A stretch of DNA of 64,000 nt from an uncultured delta proteobacterium (GCA_963812015.1 CAWETI010000003.1:640001-704000); one strand, 5' to 3'; counted from the stretch's first letter, positions 38,302-48,676 are shown. Notes: a model not told the origin generated them from the sequence alone. A program made the numbers and translations.

Positions 38302-39408
38302 ATGAAGGTGACTTCCTTGCCTACTGAGGACTTGGATCGGGCCGTGGATCTGGCGGAAGCCAGGAGCCGGCAACGACTGGGGGCGCGCCGATTTTACGTC
38401 GCCTTCATCATGCTGAGCCTGGGGCTGGTCCTGTCGGTGGCCCTGGCTACGGGCATCGGCCGCATGGACGTGGGCTGGTCCACCATTGGGGCCGTGATCC
38501 TGGGCAAGCTGGGGTTCACGGTGGGGACCGTCGACCGCACCACGGACGTGGTCATTTGGGGCATCCGCCTCTCCCGGGTGGTGCTCTCGGGGCTGGTGGG
38601 GGCATCTTTAGCCACCGCCGGGGTCATTTTCCAGGGGCTCCTCCTGAACCCCCTGGCCGATCCTTTTACCATCGGGGTGTCCACCGGTGCGGCCTTCGGG
38701 GTGGCGCTCCTGGTGACGTTGGGAGTGGGCGGCAGCTTTCTGGGGTTGAGCCCCCTACCCCTGGGGGCGTTGGTGGGGGCCATGGGGGCCATGATGGCGG
38801 TCCTGGTCCTGTCCCGGGAGTCGGGCCGCATCCGCAAGGAGACCCTGATCCTGGCCGGGATCGTGGTGAGCACCTTTCTGTCCGCCCTCATCAGCCTCAT
38901 CAAGAGCCTGGATGAGGAATCTTTGTCGGCCATCGTCTTCTGGATCATGGGGAGCTTCTCCGGCCGGGGCTGGATCCACGTGGGCTTTCTCCTGCCCTAT
39001 ATGGCGGCCGGCCTGGCGCTGGCCTTCGTTTATCACCGGGAACTGGACATCCTGGCCCTGGGGGAGGAGCAATCCCACCACCTGGGGGTGTCCGTCTCCC
39101 GGGTGAGGATCAATCTTTTGCTGGGGGCGTCGCTCCTCACGGCGGGGGCGGTGTCGGTTTCGGGGGTGATCGGCTTTGTGGGTCTGGTGGTGCCCCACCT
39201 GGTGCGGGTGTTGGCCGGGCCCTCCCATGGGCGGCTGCTGGCGTTGTCCGCCGCGACCGGCGCCCTGATCCTGATCTGGGCCGACGTTCTATCCCGGGTC
39301 CTCCTGGCCAGCGGCCAGGAACTGCCGGTGGGCGTGGTCACCGCGCTCCTGGGCGGGCCGTTTTTCTTTTATCTCCTAAAATCCCGTCGTTCAAAGGGGA
39401 TGTGGTGA
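38302..39408 (+). CDS. btuC: Cobalamin/iron-siderophore ABC transporter permease
   Basis: IRL.RV, FQGLL.NPLADP..IGVS.GA, W.MGS, G.IGFVGL.VPH, ELPVG..TA..G.PFF. Confidence 0.88.
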   Translation: MKVTSLPTEDLDRAVDLAEARSRQRLGARRFYVAFIMLSLGLVLSVALATGIGRMDVGWSTIGAVILGKLGFTVGTVDRTTDVVIWGIRLSRVVLSGLVGASLATAGVIFQGLLLNPLADPFTIGVSTGAAFGVALLVTLGVGGSFLGLSPLPLGALVGAMGAMMAVLVLSRESGRIRKETLILAGIVVSTFLSALISLIKSLDEESLSAIVFWIMGSFSGRGWIHVGFLLPYMAAGLALAFVYHRELDILALGEEQSHHLGVSVSRVRINLLLGASLLTAGAVSVSGVIGFVGLVVPHLVRVLAGPSHGRLLALSAATGALILIWADVLSRVLLASGQELPVGVVTALLGGPFFFYLLKSRRSKGMW

Positions 39409-40235
39409 TCCGGGTAGAGGCGCTGGACCTGGGCTACGAGGACCGTCTGGTCCTGGCGGGCCTGAATTTCCAGGTAAACCGGGGGGAATTCGTGGGCATC
39501 CTGGGCCCCAACGGCAGCGGTAAGTCCACTCTGCTCCATGCCCTTTCCGGCCTGCTGCCGCCCAAGCAGGGCCGCATTATTATCAAGTCCGAACCCCTGG
39601 GAGGTCTGCCCAGCCGCCTCCGGGCCCAAATCCTGGCGGTGGTGCCCCAATCCACCGACGTAAGGTTCCCCTTTTCCTGCCTGGAAATCGTGCTCATGGG
39701 GCGGTATCCGCACCGGCGCCGCCTGGGGACCCTGATAGACACGGACCTGGTCTGGGCCCTCCAATCCATGCGCCGGACCACCACGGTGCACCTGAAAGAA
39801 CGCACCATTACCGAGGTCTCCGGAGGGGAATGTCAGCGGGTGGTGATCGCCCGGGCCCTGGCCCAGGACCCGGAAATCCTGCTCCTGGACGAGGCCACCT
39901 CATCCTTAGACGTGCGCAAGAAGCTGGAGATCTTTGAAATCCTCAAGTTTTTGAACGAGACCCGGGGCCTGACGGTGCTCTGCGCCATGCACGACCTAAA
40001 CCTGGCGGCCCTTTATTGCCGGAGGCTTATGTTCATCAAGGAGGAGCGGATCGTGGTGGACGGCCCCACGGACCAGGTATTCACCCCGGAGATTTTGGAA
40101 GAGGTTTACGAGACCCCCATGGAGGTGGTCCGGCACCCCGCCCATCAGCGGCCCTACGCGGTGATGCTGCCGCTGTCGTCGGGCCCCCGGGAGGCGGAGG
40201 CCGAGGCAGACACTCTGGAGGCGATGCAGTCATGA
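39402..40235 (+). CDS. btuD: Cobalamin/iron ABC transporter ATP-binding protein
   Basis: GPNGSGKST, MGRYPH, SGGE.QRV.IARALAQ, LLDEAT, HDLNLA. Confidence 0.88.
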   Translation: MVIRVEALDLGYEDRLVLAGLNFQVNRGEFVGILGPNGSGKSTLLHALSGLLPPKQGRIIIKSEPLGGLPSRLRAQILAVVPQSTDVRFPFSCLEIVLMGRYPHRRRLGTLIDTDLVWALQSMRRTTTVHLKERTITEVSGGECQRVVIARALAQDPEILLLDEATSSLDVRKKLEIFEILKFLNETRGLTVLCAMHDLNLAALYCRRLMFIKEERIVVDGPTDQVFTPEILEEVYETPMEVVRHPAHQRPYAVMLPLSSGPREAEAEADTLEAMQS

Positions 40236-41152
40236 GGGTGTGTCGATTTGCCGGGCTGGCGTTGTTCGTCTGTTTCATGACGGTGGGGTTGGGAGCCCAA
40301 AACCTGAACGCGGCCCCGATTACGGACGACCGGGGCACCGCGGTGACGTTGGCCGCTCCGCCCCAGCGGATCATCTCCCTGTACGGCGGCCTGACGGAAA
40401 TCTTGAGCGCCATCGGGGTGTCCGACCGGCTCGTGGCCCGCACCCAGGGAGATGAGACCGTCCAGGGGATTCCCACCGTGGGCACCCACCTGCAACCCAA
40501 CGTGGAGATGATCCTGGCCCTGAAGCCGGACCTGGTGGTACAGGGGGGAGTCGCCAAAGGAATCCCGGCCTTGAAGAGGTTGGAGGTGGCGCACGTGCCG
40601 GTGGCCATGTTTGCGCCCAATGATTTCCCCGCCCTGTTCAACACCATCACCCGGCTGGGGGCCCTCACCGGACGGGCGGAGGCCGCCGCAGCGCTGAACC
40701 GGTCCCTGGCGGCCCGGCTCGAAGACGTGGCCCGACGGGTGGCGGGGCGCCCCAAGTCCCGGATTTTTTTCGAGGTGCGGGAACTCAACCTCTTGGCTGC
40801 CGGGCGGGGTTCCATGGTTAATGACATCATCACCCGGGCGGGGGGCGAAAACCTCGTCACCAGCCCCCAAAGAATGACGTTATACAGCCTGGAGGCCCTT
40901 ATCCAGGCCAACCCGGAGGTCTATATCATCCAGAAAGGGCCCATGAACCGCAGCCCGGACAATATTTATACCCGGCCCTATTTTCAGGAACTCCAGGCCG
41001 TGAAGGGCCACCGGGTGCTGGTGGTGGACGAAAGCCTCTATTCCCGGCCGGGACCCCGGTCGGCGGAGGCGGTGGAGGAACTGGCCCGGTTTCTCCACCC
41101 GGAGGCGTGGAAAAGACAGGGATCAGGGGTCAGGGATCAGGGGTCAGAATAA
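40232..41152 (+). CDS. btuF: Cobalamin ABC transporter periplasmic binding protein
   Basis: Signal peptide, TDDRG..V....PQRIISL, PN.E.ILALKPDLV, RPGPR; ATG 40232 overlaps the btuD stop. Confidence 0.85.
   Translation: MRVCRFAGLALFVCFMTVGLGAQNLNAAPITDDRGTAVTLAAPPQRIISLYGGLTEILSAIGVSDRLVARTQGDETVQGIPTVGTHLQPNVEMILALKPDLVVQGGVAKGIPALKRLEVAHVPVAMFAPNDFPALFNTITRLGALTGRAEAAAALNRSLAARLEDVARRVAGRPKSRIFFEVRELNLLAAGRGSMVNDIITRAGGENLVTSPQRMTLYSLEALIQANPEVYIIQKGPMNRSPDNIYTRPYFQELQAVKGHRVLVVDESLYSRPGPRSAEAVEELARFLHPEAWKRQGSGVRDQGSE
41117..41147. repeat. Heptamer tandem array inside the btuF 3' end
   Basis: CAGGGAT CAGGGGT CAGGGAT CAGGGGT CAG encoding QGSGVRDQGS. Confidence 0.7.
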
Positions 41153-41192
41153 GATTAACTGACTACTATTAACTGGTTACGGGATTCTCTCC

Positions 41193-42599
41193 ATGAATCA
41201 AAAAACGCGCGGGTTGGTGATAGCCGGGACGCAGAGCGGGGTGGGCAAGACCACCGTTACTCTGGGGCTCCTCGCGGCGTTGGCCCGCCGGGGGCTCGCG
41301 GTGCAGCCGTTCAAGGTGGGGCCGGATTTCATCGATCCCGGGCATCACACCCGGGCCGCGGGCCGGGTCTGCCGGAACCTGGATGGCTGGATGCTGAGCC
41401 GGGAGGCCAATCTGGCCCTGTTCCGCCGCCAGGCCGGCGGCGCCGACGTGGCAGTGGTGGAAGGGGTGATGGGGCTGTTCGACGGCTATGACGGGGCCAG
41501 TGAAGCCGGGTCCACGGCCCAGATGGCCAAGTGGCTGGGACTTCCGGTCTTGTTGGTGGTGGATGCCCGGGCCATGGCCCGGAGCGCCGCGGCCCTGGTG
41601 CACGGGTTCGCCAGCTTCGACCCCGGCCTGAGTCTGGCTGGGGTGGTCTTCAACCGCATCGGCAGTCCTGCCCATCTGGAGTACCTGAAACAGGCCCTGG
41701 CGTCTCTTCAAGGGGTGCGCTGCTTCGGGGGGCTGCCCCGGGACCAGGAACTGGCCATCCCCGAGCGGCATCTGGGTCTGGCCACCGTCGAGGACCATCC
41801 GTTAGGGGCGCCCTATCTCAGTCACCTGGCGGACTGGCTGGAGACCCACCTGGACCTGGAGGGGCTGATGGAGGTTTTGCCCCCCCTGGCGCTGCCGGAG
41901 GAGCCGGCCCCGGCGGCCGCGTCGCCGGTGGTGCGCCTGGGGATCGCCCGGGACCGGGCCTTTTGTTTTTACTACCCCGAAAATTTGGAGCTGCTGGCCG
42001 GGTTTGGGGCGGAGCTGGTCTTCTTCTCCCCCCTGGAGGACCGGGAGTTGCCGGCCGATCTGGACGGCATCTTCCTGGGCGGGGGGTATCCGGAACTCTA
42101 TGCCGAAGGGCTGGCCGCCAACGCCGGCCTGAAGCAGGCCCTGAAGGAGGCCGCCGCCGGGGGTCTGCCGATTTACGCCGAATGCGGCGGGCTCATGTAT
42201 CTGGCCCGGGAAATCCGCGACCTGGAAGGCCGGGCCCACCCCATGGCGGGGGTGTTCCCCTTCACGGTGCGGATGTTGCCGCGGCTTAAGGCTTTGGGTT
42301 ACCGGGAGGTCACGTTGGCCGCGCCCGGCCTTTTGGGCCCGGCGGGAACCAGGGCCCGGGGGCACGAATTCCACTACTCGGAAATTGTGGGAGAGCCCAT
42401 CGGGGTGGCCCGCCTCTACCGGCTGACCCCCCGGCGAGGGGGTGAGGCCGTGGCGGAAGGCTATAGCGAGGGTAACGTCCTGGCCAGCTACGTGCACCTC
42501 CACTTCGGCAGCAATCCCGAGGTGGCCCGTCACCTGGTGGCAAGATGCCGCAGGTATAAAGAAGAATCGAGAGAGGGGGCGAGAAGCAGTTGCCAGTAG
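41193..42599 (+). CDS. cbiA: Cobyrinate a,c-diamide synthase
   Basis: SGVGKTT, FKVGPDFIDP, EGVMGLFDG, ERHLGL, AFCFYY, GGGYPE, AECGG.MYL, GHEFHYS. Confidence 0.95.
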   Translation: MNQKTRGLVIAGTQSGVGKTTVTLGLLAALARRGLAVQPFKVGPDFIDPGHHTRAAGRVCRNLDGWMLSREANLALFRRQAGGADVAVVEGVMGLFDGYDGASEAGSTAQMAKWLGLPVLLVVDARAMARSAAALVHGFASFDPGLSLAGVVFNRIGSPAHLEYLKQALASLQGVRCFGGLPRDQELAIPERHLGLATVEDHPLGAPYLSHLADWLETHLDLEGLMEVLPPLALPEEPAPAAASPVVRLGIARDRAFCFYYPENLELLAGFGAELVFFSPLEDRELPADLDGIFLGGGYPELYAEGLAANAGLKQALKEAAAGGLPIYAECGGLMYLAREIRDLEGRAHPMAGVFPFTVRMLPRLKALGYREVTLAAPGLLGPAGTRARGHEFHYSEIVGEPIGVARLYRLTPRRGGEAVAEGYSEGNVLASYVHLHFGSNPEVARHLVARCRRYKEESREGARSSCQ

Positions 42600-42681
42600 T
42601 TCTTCTGGCAACTGACAACTGGCTACTGACTATCCGCCCCTGGCCCCCTCCCTCAAGAAACTGCTTCAAAGAGGAGTAAGC

Positions 42682-43320
42682 ATGACTTGGCAACCCCGCC
42701 TCCCCTCGGAGATCGAGGCCGAGAGTTTCCGCCGCATCGAAGCCCAGGTGGGTCCGCACCGCCTGTCGCCGGAGGTCTGGTTCGTGGTGCGGCGCATGAT
42801 CCACACCAGCGCCGACCCGGAGTACCTCACCACGGCCCGGGTTCACCCCCGGGCCATCGCCGCGGGGGTGGAGGCCTTGAAGCGGGGCAACCCGGTGGCC
42901 ACCGACACCCGCATGCTGCTGGCGGGCATCTCCACCGGGCGCCTGGGCCGCCTGAGGGTTACGCCTTTCTGCCTCATGGATGACCCGGAAGTCGCGGCCG
43001 AAGCCGCCCGCCGGTCCACCACCCGGGCTGAGGTGGCCATGGAGAGGAGCCTGCCGAAACTGGCCGGGGGCATCGTGGCCATCGGCAATGCCCCCACCGC
43101 CCTGTTGCGCCTGGTAGAGTTGCTGGCGGCCGGGGCCCCGCCGCCGGCCCTGGTGGTGGGGGTGCCGGTGGGTTTTGTCAACGCCGCGGAATCCAAGGAC
43201 GCCCTGGCCCGCCAGGATTGCCCTTATATCACCGCCCTGGGGCCCAAGGGCGGCTCGGCGCTGGCGGCCAGCATCATTAACGCCCTGGCCATCATGGCCC
43301 TGGAGGAGATACCGTCATGA
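42682..43320 (+). CDS. cbiC: Cobalt-precorrin-8 methylmutase
   Basis: IE.ESF..I, RMIH.SAD, IGNAPTAL, PVGFVNAAESK, KGGS. Confidence 0.95.
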   Translation: MTWQPRLPSEIEAESFRRIEAQVGPHRLSPEVWFVVRRMIHTSADPEYLTTARVHPRAIAAGVEALKRGNPVATDTRMLLAGISTGRLGRLRVTPFCLMDDPEVAAEAARRSTTRAEVAMERSLPKLAGGIVAIGNAPTALLRLVELLAAGAPPPALVVGVPVGFVNAAESKDALARQDCPYITALGPKGGSALAASIINALAIMALEEIPS

Positions 43321-44039
43321 CGACCAAAACCGGGACCCTTTACGGGATCGGCGTGGGACCGGGAGACCCGGAATTGATCACCCTGAAGGCCGTCAAGGTG
43401 CTGCACCGGGTGCCACACATCTTTGCCGCCTGCTCCACCAAGAACAGCTACAGTCTGGCCCTGAGCATCGTGCGCTGCCACCTCAACGGCGCCGGGATCG
43501 AGCACCTGCCCTTTCCCATGAGCAAGGACGCCCGGGTGCTGCAGGAGGCCTGGGAGCAGAACGCCCGGCGGGTCCTGGAAGTCCTGGATAGCGGCAGTGA
43601 CGCCGCGTTCGTCACCCTGGGGGACCCTCTGACCTACTCCACCTTCGGGTATCTCCTGAAAACTTTAAAGCGACTACATCCCGAGGTGCGCATCGTCACC
43701 ATCCCCGGCATTACCTCGTATAGCGCCGCCGCGGCCCTGACCCACATCCCGTTGACTGAGGGGGAGGAATCCTTTTACCTGGTGTCGGGGGCCATGGGAG
43801 CGGCAAAACTGAAGGAAGTTATTGATAAATCTGATAATATCGTAATTCTTAAAACGTACCGGCACTTTGACGATATCTACCACACCTTGGAAGACCTGGA
43901 TCTCCTGGACCGGGCCACGTGCATCAGCCGCTGCGGCCTGGATGGCGAGACCATCGTGGAAAATCTCCGGGATCTCAAAGGGCGGGATTTACCCTATCTC
44001 TCCATGATCATCATCAAAAAGCACGGTAAGGGATATTGA
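43317..44039 (+). CDS. cbiL: Cobalt-precorrin-2 C20-methyltransferase
   Basis: LYGIGVGPGDPELITLKA, FPM, AFVTLGDP..YSTF, PYLS. Confidence 0.9.
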   Translation: MTTKTGTLYGIGVGPGDPELITLKAVKVLHRVPHIFAACSTKNSYSLALSIVRCHLNGAGIEHLPFPMSKDARVLQEAWEQNARRVLEVLDSGSDAAFVTLGDPLTYSTFGYLLKTLKRLHPEVRIVTIPGITSYSAAAALTHIPLTEGEESFYLVSGAMGAAKLKEVIDKSDNIVILKTYRHFDDIYHTLEDLDLLDRATCISRCGLDGETIVENLRDLKGRDLPYLSMIIIKKHGKGY

Positions 44040-44170
44040 TGGCCCTTCCCGAAACCCTGGTCCCGGCGGCCGTGCCTTATGCGTCGTGGAAGGGGTAGTG
44101 AGGTATTTTGGGAGGAGGACCGGGGAGGTAACTCCCCCGCCCCCTCTCTCAGAGCCTTTTGCAGTTAAGA

Positions 44171-44255
44171 GGTGGCACAGGCTTTCCAGCCTGTGCTGAC
44201 GCAGGCTAAAGCCTGCGGCTACCAAAAACAACCCTTTGAACGCAACTCGGTATCA
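44171..44255. repeat. REP doublet plus solo right end of MITE family A
   Basis: GGTGGCACAGGCTTTCCAGCCTGTGC and CGCAGGCTAAAGCCTGCGGCTACC, then TTGAACGCAACTCGGTA-TCA. Confidence 0.7.
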
Positions 44256-44278
44256 GAACCAAAACGGTTGTAAAGCGA

Positions 44279-45451
44279 TTGAAAAAGACACCCATACCTT
44301 ATCCGGCCGATGGAGACGACGAGGCCGTCAGGCCGCCCCGGCCCCGGAAGGAACTGCGCCAGGGGTTTTCCACCGGCAGCGCCGCGGCGGCCGCGGTCCA
44401 GGGGGCGCTGTACGAACTGCTGGGCCGGCCCTGCCCCGAACTGGTGGCGGTGGACCTGCCCGGCGGGGGAAGCCTCAGCATCCCGCTTTACCGCCACGGC
44501 CGGAACGACGCCCGGGGGGAGGCGGTGGTGGTCAAGGATGCCGGAGATGACCCCGACGTCACCAACGGCGCCGAGATCGGGGCCCAGGTCTGGTATCTTA
44601 CGGGGCCGGGAGCGCCGGAGGGCGTCACCCTGTTGGGCGGCGAAGGCGTGGGCCGGGTGACCAAGCCGGGTTTACCGGTGGCGGTGGGTGAGCCCGCCAT
44701 CAACCCGGTGCCCCGGAGGATGATCGTCCGCTCCCTGCGCCGGGTGTGGGAGCAGGGCGGCACCGGGCCCCTGCGCCTGGGGGTGGAAATCTTTGTCCCC
44801 CGGGGAGAGGAACTGGCCCGGCACACCCTTAATCCCCGCCTGGGGATCGTGGGGGGCATCTCGATTTTGGGCACCACCGGGCTGGTGAAGCCCTTTTCCC
44901 ACCAGGCCTACCGGGCCACCATCGCCGCCAGCCTGCGGGTGGCCCAGGCCATGGGACTTCAGCATATCGGGTACAGCACCGGGGGCAAAAGCGAGGGTTA
45001 CCTTAAAGGGCTCCTCCCGGGACTGCCCGATGAGGCCTTTGTGCAGATGGGGGATTACGTCAGTTTTGCCCTGAAGGTGGCCACCCACATGGGATTCTTG
45101 AAGATCAGCGCCGCGGCTTTTTTCGGGAAAGCCCTGAAGATCGCCCAGGGTTTCGGACACACGCATGCCTCCCGGGGGCTGGCCGATTTAAAAGAGCTGG
45201 GCCGCTGGACCCTGGACTTGACGGGGGATGCGGCCCTGGCCGAGGCGGTGGCCGGGGCCAACACCGCCCGGCAGGCCCTGGAAATCCTCACCGGGGCCCG
45301 GGCCGGCCAGGTGGTGGCCCAGGTGGGGGCCGGGATGCTGGCGGCCCTGCGGGGCTATGCCGGTCCGGGGCCTCAGCTCGGCGCGGTGGTGCTCGATTTT
45401 GACGGCTCACCCCTCTGGCAGGGACAGAGCCCCGGGGAGGCGGCGGCATGA
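44279..45451 (+). CDS. cbiD: Cobalt-precorrin-5B C1-methyltransferase
   Basis: LR.GFSTGS.AAAA, KDAGDDPDVT.GA, GVG.VTKPGL, AINPVPR, T.NPRLGI.GGISILGTTG.V.P.S. Confidence 0.95.
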   Translation: MKKTPIPYPADGDDEAVRPPRPRKELRQGFSTGSAAAAAVQGALYELLGRPCPELVAVDLPGGGSLSIPLYRHGRNDARGEAVVVKDAGDDPDVTNGAEIGAQVWYLTGPGAPEGVTLLGGEGVGRVTKPGLPVAVGEPAINPVPRRMIVRSLRRVWEQGGTGPLRLGVEIFVPRGEELARHTLNPRLGIVGGISILGTTGLVKPFSHQAYRATIAASLRVAQAMGLQHIGYSTGGKSEGYLKGLLPGLPDEAFVQMGDYVSFALKVATHMGFLKISAAAFFGKALKIAQGFGHTHASRGLADLKELGRWTLDLTGDAALAEAVAGANTARQALEILTGARAGQVVAQVGAGMLAALRGYAGPGPQLGAVVLDFDGSPLWQGQSPGEAAA

Positions 45452-46692
45452 TTCCGGTGCAGGTAGTGGGGCTGGGGATGTCCCCGGAGGACCTGACTCC
45501 CCGTGCCCGGGAGATCATCGGGGTGGCCCAGGTGCTGGTGGGGGGGCGGCGGCTTCTCGACTACTTTCCGGAGCACCGGGGCATGAAAATTCCCCTGGGC
45601 AAGGACCCGGAAGGGACCCTCAGGCAGCTCCCGCCCCTGGCCAAAACGAAACGGGTGGTGGTGTTGGCTTCCGGAGACCCAAATTTCTATGGGGTGGGGC
45701 CGCTGGTGGTCCGGGTCCTGGGCGCGGAGCAGGTGGTGATCCACCCCAACCTCACCGCGATTCAAACCGCCTGCGCCCGGCTCCACATGCCCTGGCAGGA
45801 CGCCACCGTCATCAGCCTGCACGGGCGCGCCTGGGAGCCGCTGGCCGCAGCCCTGGGAAAGCCCGGCCCTCTGTTGATCTACACGGACCCGACGCATACC
45901 CCCGGGGAGATTGCCAGCTTTCTGCTGGCCCGGGGCCTGGCTCGGGCCCGGGTGTGCGTGCTGGAAGACCTGGGCCAGGACACGGAGCGGGTCACCTGGC
46001 TGAGCTTGACGGAGGCCCAGGAACGAGGGTTTTCGCCCTTGAACCTGGTGGTGGTGGTGCCGGACCCGGAAGAGGTCAGCCCGGCGCGTCCCCGGCTCCA
46101 TCTGGGGCTCCCCGAGGAGGCTTTGGCCCATGAGGCCGGGCTCATCACCAAGTCCGAGGTGCGGGCGGTGGTCCTGGCCAAATTGAAACTTTTCCCCGGC
46201 CAGGTGCTGTGGGACGTGGGGGCCGGGTGCGGCTCGGTGGGGTTGGAGGCCAGCCTGCTCATCCCCGGGGGAAAGATTTTGGCCGTGGAGCGCCATCCGG
46301 AGCGGGCGGCCCAGATTGCCGCCAACCGGGACACATACGGGGTGAACAACCTGGAGGTGGTGTGCGGCGGCGCGCCGGAGAGCCTGGCGGACCTGCCCGA
46401 ACCCCACCGGGTCTTCGTGGGGGGCGGGGGGCAGGCGGTGGGCGCTATCGTCCAGGAGGCCGTGCGGCGCCTGGGGCCGGAAGGCCGGGTGGTGATTAGC
46501 GCCGCCCTCCTGGAGACCCTGGCCGCGGCCCGGACCGTCCTGGAACAGGCGGGCTGGGAGGTGGAGGTGGTCCAACTCCAGGTGAGCCGGTCCCACCCCC
46601 TGGCCGATGGGAACGCGTTGCAGGCGTTAAATCCGGTGTGGATTATTGCCGGTTACTTGAGGGGAGGGCCGGGGGAGGACAGGAGTCAGTAA
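45448..46692 (+). CDS. cbiET: Cobalt-precorrin-6/7 methyltransferase-decarboxylase fusion
   Basis: VLASGDP.FYG, SLHGR, ITKSEVR, WDVGAGCGSV, VFVGG, NPV. Confidence 0.92.
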   Translation: MIPVQVVGLGMSPEDLTPRAREIIGVAQVLVGGRRLLDYFPEHRGMKIPLGKDPEGTLRQLPPLAKTKRVVVLASGDPNFYGVGPLVVRVLGAEQVVIHPNLTAIQTACARLHMPWQDATVISLHGRAWEPLAAALGKPGPLLIYTDPTHTPGEIASFLLARGLARARVCVLEDLGQDTERVTWLSLTEAQERGFSPLNLVVVVPDPEEVSPARPRLHLGLPEEALAHEAGLITKSEVRAVVLAKLKLFPGQVLWDVGAGCGSVGLEASLLIPGGKILAVERHPERAAQIAANRDTYGVNNLEVVCGGAPESLADLPEPHRVFVGGGGQAVGAIVQEAVRRLGPEGRVVISAALLETLAAARTVLEQAGWEVEVVQLQVSRSHPLADGNALQALNPVWIIAGYLRGGPGEDRSQ

Positions 46693-46758
46693 CCGGAAAA
46701 AATACTGACAACCGGCAACCGCGCCTCGCCCCCTGCCTCAGGGAAAAAGGAAAATTTC

Positions 46759-47544
46759 ATGACCGAGCGTCATCCCGTTATCTTCGTGGGGGCCGGGCCC
46801 GGCGACCCGGAGCTCATCACGGTCAAGGGGCAAAAGGCCCTGGCCCGGGCCGACCTGGTGCTCTACGCCGGGTCCCTGGTGTCGCCGGCGGTGCTGGAGT
46901 GGGCCAGGCCCACGGCCGAACTCATCGACACCGCTCAACTGAACCTGCAGGAGATCCTCGACCGGATCACGGCGGGCCACCGGGATGGCCGACGGGTGGT
47001 CCGGGTCCACTCCGGGGACCCCGCCCTGTATGGCGCCATCCAGGAGCAACTGGAGGTCCTGGAGCGGGAAGCGATTCCCTGTGCGGTGATTCCGGGGGTG
47101 ACCGCGGCGTTTGCCGCGGCCGCGGCCCTGGCCCAAGAACTCACTTTGCCGGAGGTGACCCAAACGCTCATCTTCACCCGGGCGGCGGGACGCACCCCGG
47201 TGCCGGAGCGGGAGGCCCTCCACGACCTGGCCCGGCATGGGGCCACCCTGGTCATCTATCTCAGCATCAAGCTTATTGACGCGGTGGTGGCCGAGCTCAC
47301 CCCCAGCTACGGCCCGGCGACTCCGGTGGTGGTGGCCTACCGGGTGAGCTGGCCGGATCAGAGGCTGATCCGGGGCACCCTGGCCACTATCGCCGGCCTG
47401 GTGAAGGGGGCGGGGATCGAGCGCCAGGCCTTGATTCTGGTGGGACCGGCCCTGGCCGCGAGGGAGGGGGAGTTGCAGGCCCGCTCCAAGCTTTATGATG
47501 AGAGTTTCAGCCATGGATTTCGGAGCGGCGGGGGAGATGAGTGA
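46759..47544 (+). CDS. cbiF: Cobalt-precorrin-4 C11-methyltransferase
   Basis: FVGAGPGDPELITVKG, YAGSLV, R.HSGDP.LYGAI.EQ, ELT.PEV.QT.I.TR, SKLYD..F.H. Confidence 0.95.
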   Translation: MTERHPVIFVGAGPGDPELITVKGQKALARADLVLYAGSLVSPAVLEWARPTAELIDTAQLNLQEILDRITAGHRDGRRVVRVHSGDPALYGAIQEQLEVLEREAIPCAVIPGVTAAFAAAAALAQELTLPEVTQTLIFTRAAGRTPVPEREALHDLARHGATLVIYLSIKLIDAVVAELTPSYGPATPVVVAYRVSWPDQRLIRGTLATIAGLVKGAGIERQALILVGPALAAREGELQARSKLYDESFSHGFRSGGGDE

Positions 47545-47627
47545 AATATCGGGAATATAACAAAGGGATGGCAATAGCGGCAGGGGTGACCCGCCGGATC
47601 GCCCTAGGTCCTGAATTCGGTAGGTGC

Positions 47628-48674
47628 ATGGCTTCAAAGACGCGCCCCATTAAAATCCTGGCCCTGACCCCTGCGGGCGCGGCCCTGGCCCGGCGGCTGG
47701 CCCGGGGGATAAAGGAAGCACAGTGTTGGCTACCAGCGGCTCAGGCCAGGGAGCCGGGGGACCAGGCTTTCTCCCGGCTCTCCGAGGCCTTTCGGGAGGC
47801 CTTCGCACAGGGCGATAACCTGGTGTGTATCATGGCCGCGGGGATCGTGGTGCGGGGGAGCGCACCGTTTCTGAAGGGCAAAGACACGGACCCCGGGGTG
47901 GTAGTGGTGGATGAGGCCGGGCGGTTCGCCATCAGCCTCTTGTCCGGACACCTGGGCGGGGCCAATGAGCTGGCGCGCAAAGTGGCCCGGATTCTGGGCG
48001 GCACCCCGGTGATCACCACGGCCACGGACGTGCAGGGATTGCCGGCCCTGGACGTGCTGGCGGTGGAGCATGGCCTGACCATCGAAAACCTGCCGGAAGT
48101 GCGGACGATTTCCATGGCCCTGTTGGAAGGCCGGCCTATCCGGGTGGTGGACCCGGATAACTATCTGGCCGACATGGTGTCAGCCTATCCGGAGCGATTT
48201 GCCCCTGAGCCCGACCTGGACCTGGCCTTACATGCCCCCGGCCCCACCGTGTATGTGGGCTTCCGGGAACGCCCCTGGCCCCCGGAGTGGCTGAGGCTGA
48301 GGCCCCGGAACCTGGTGGCCGGCATGGGCTGCCACAAGGGCACGCCTGGGGATGAACTTATTGAATTTATTAAGCAATCTTTTCAGCAAGCAGGGTTGTC
48401 CCTCCTGTCCCTGCGGGCCCTGGCTACCATTGAGGCCAAAAAGGAGGAACCCGGGCTGCGGATGGCCGCCCGGAGTCTGGGAGTTAAATTCTTATGGTTT
48501 ACCGCGACAGAGTTACAGGAGATACCGGTGCCGAACCCCTCGCCCCGGGTGGCCCGCCACATGAAAGTGGCGAGTGTCAGCGAGGCGGCGGCCCTGAAGG
48601 CGGGGGGGGTGGAGCTGATCGTCCCCAAGCGCAAGGCCGCCAACGCCACCCTGGCGGTGGCCCGGGTCGCTTAG
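47628..48674 (+). CDS. cbiG: Cobalt-precorrin-5A hydrolase
   Basis: MAAGIVVR, K.TDP.VVVVDE.G.F.ISLLSGHLGGAN, PVITTATD, GMGC.KG, SVSEAAAL; start 47628 or 47541. Confidence 0.93.
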   Translation: MASKTRPIKILALTPAGAALARRLARGIKEAQCWLPAAQAREPGDQAFSRLSEAFREAFAQGDNLVCIMAAGIVVRGSAPFLKGKDTDPGVVVVDEAGRFAISLLSGHLGGANELARKVARILGGTPVITTATDVQGLPALDVLAVEHGLTIENLPEVRTISMALLEGRPIRVVDPDNYLADMVSAYPERFAPEPDLDLALHAPGPTVYVGFRERPWPPEWLRLRPRNLVAGMGCHKGTPGDELIEFIKQSFQQAGLSLLSLRALATIEAKKEEPGLRMAARSLGVKFLWFTATELQEIPVPNPSPRVARHMKVASVSEAAALKAGGVELIVPKRKAANATLAVARVA

Positions 48675-48676
48675 CG

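Noticed and set aside
40016..40231. N-terminal extension of btuF (similarly 57062-57163 for glgB, 25449-25538 for fwdA, 33279-33332 for hdrA-mvhD)
   Set aside because: These overlap upstream genes or repeats; downstream ATGs fit the RBS, signal peptide or homology start better.
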